NCBI GenBank assembly: GCA_031441465.1
Contig: JANOEP010000062.1
Span: 1-16,886 of the forward strand
Reading direction: 5' to 3'
DNA length: 16,886 nt
DNA from: a bacterium
Lineage (GTDB): Bacteria > Krumholzibacteriota > Krumholzibacteriia > LZORAL124-64-63
The position numbers were made by a program, and so were the translations under genes. Positions 16,076 through 16,886 of the stretch are shown piece after piece; position 1 is the first letter of the stretch; every line of letters starts with the position of its first letter. Under the pieces are notes generated by a model that ran no database searches, was not told the origin of the DNA, and saw only the letters and a program-made list of their open reading frames with translations.

Positions 16076-16118
16076 AAAGACAAAGAAACACCCGGGCCGG
16101 TAACACCTACCGGCGGGC
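16076..16118 (-). terminator. Intrinsic terminator/attenuator-like hairpin plus U-tract between secE and nusG
   Basis: Minus strand: GCCC-GCCGGTA-GGTGT-TACCGGC-CC-GGGT-G-TTTCTTTGTCTTT, a 7-bp core stem extendable across a 2-nt bulge, followed by 10 T in 13 nt. Confidence 0.55.
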
Positions 16119-16164
16119 TGTCCCGTCAGCCTCGCGATCCACCTGCGGCGCCGCACGGCGCCGG

Positions 16165-16356
16165 CTACGTCATCAGGATCAGCTGCCTCTGGATGAAGCT
16201 CAGCACCTGATCGACGATGAAGATGAAGACCGTCACCACCGCGACCGTGGCCAGCACGACCATGGTGGACTCGCGCAGTTCCCGCCACGTGGGCCAGGAA
16301 ACGCGCCTCATTTCCTGCCCGGTCTCCCGCACGTACAACGTCAGCCTGTTGAACAT
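16165..16356 (-). CDS. secE: Preprotein translocase subunit SecE (single-TM form, 63 aa)
   Basis: EMRRVSWPTWRE signature followed by one hydrophobic helix (VVLATVAVVTVFIFIVD); canonical position between tRNA-Trp and nusG. Confidence 0.97.
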   Translation of the reverse strand: MFNRLTLYVRETGQEMRRVSWPTWRELRESTMVVLATVAVVTVFIFIVDQVLSFIQRQLILMT

Positions 16357-16383
16357 CCCGTTTTTTCCCCTCGACGGTCAGGC

Positions 16384-16459
16384 TGGCAGGGGCGGCAGGA
16401 TTCGAACCCGCGACCCTCGGTTTTGGAGACCGATGCTCTACCAGCTGAGCTACACCCCT
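16384..16459 (-). tRNA. trnW: tRNA-Trp (CCA), 76 nt, CCA end encoded
   Basis: AGGGGTGTAGCTCAGCTGGTAGAGCATCGGTCTCCAAAACCGAGGGTCGCGGGTTCGAATCCTGCCGCCCCTGCCA: cloverleaf, anticodon loop CTCCAAA, GTTCGAATC T-loop. Confidence 0.98.
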
Positions 16460-16478
16460 GCCTGGACCGTTCTCGCGT

Positions 16479-16631
16479 TTAGCGCGTTTCCTTGTGCGGC
16501 GTATGCTTGTCGCACCGCGGGCAGTACTTCTTGTACTCCACCCGGTCGGGATGCAGGCGCTTGTTCTTCTTCGTGGTGTAGTTCCTCATCTTGCACGTGT
16601 TGCAAGAGAGGATCACCAAGTCCCTGGGCAT
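16479..16631 (-). CDS. rpmG: 50S ribosomal protein L33, zinc-ribbon (C+) form, 50 aa
   Basis: Absent from the ORF track. Manual translation gives [58 protein letters not shown] upstream; two CxxC pairs. Confidence 0.97.
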   Translation of the reverse strand: MPRDLVILSCNTCKMRNYTTKKNKRLHPDRVEYKKYCPRCDKHTPHKETR

Positions 16632-16676
16632 GATCGCACCTCACGGCTTGCTGCAGACTCGTTCACTTCAGGCCGC

Positions 16677-16886
16677 TCACTTCAGGATTTTGGCCACGAC
16701 CCCGGCGCCCACCGTGCGGCCGCCCTCGCGGATCGCGAAACGCAAACCCTCTTCCATCGCGATCGGCGTGATCAGCTCGATCGTCATCTTGATGTTGTCG
16801 CCCGGCATCACCATCTCCACACCCTCGGGCAGGTGCGCCGAACCCGTCACGTCCGTCGTCCGGAAGTAGAACTGCGGCCGGTAGCC
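16677..16886 (-). CDS. tuf: Elongation factor Tu, C-terminal 69 aa (5'-truncated by window edge), copy upstream of rpmG
   Basis: [72 protein letters not shown] at 16677-16679. Confidence 0.98.
   Translation of the reverse strand, partial: GYRPQFYFRTTDVTGSAHLPEGVEMVMPGDNIKMTIELITPIAMEEGLRFAIREGGRTVGAGVVAKILK
16746..16886. repeat. 141-bp exact terminal direct repeat, copy 2
   Basis: Identical to 1-141. Confidence 0.97.

Noticed and set aside
16450..16644. 64-aa ORF from the track overlapping rpmG and the tRNA
   Set aside because: Wrong frame; the real gene is rpmG at 16479-16631.

Overview
High-GC bacterial core-genome segment, entirely encoded on the minus strand. Read right to left it runs tuf (3' end) - rpmG - tRNA-Trp - secE - nusG - rplK - rplA - rplJ - rplL - rpoB - rpoC - rpsL - rpsG - fusA - tuf (5' 375 codons), i.e. 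the rif/beta cluster directly joined to the str operon and bracketed by tuf sequence. No mobile element, CRISPR array or accessory gene is visible, and the long plus-strand ORFs are antisense shadows. Points worth a second look: (1) the str-operon EF-G has intact GTPase, domain III and domain V motifs but a degenerate domain IV tip (SYHDVDS is replaced by TFEEDAS), suggesting a recycling-specialised EF-G2-type paralog; (2) bases 1-141 are identical to 16746-16886, so the contig closes into a circle that rebuilds one complete tuf; (3) NusG has an ~89-aa acidic Ala/Pro-rich N-terminal extension and is preceded by a hairpin plus U-tract that could be an attenuator; (4) several structured intergenic leaders (before fusA, rplK and rplA). 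The lineage cannot be fixed without a search; the beta' SI3 insertion is compatible with a Gram-negative lineage (FCB-like is only a guess).
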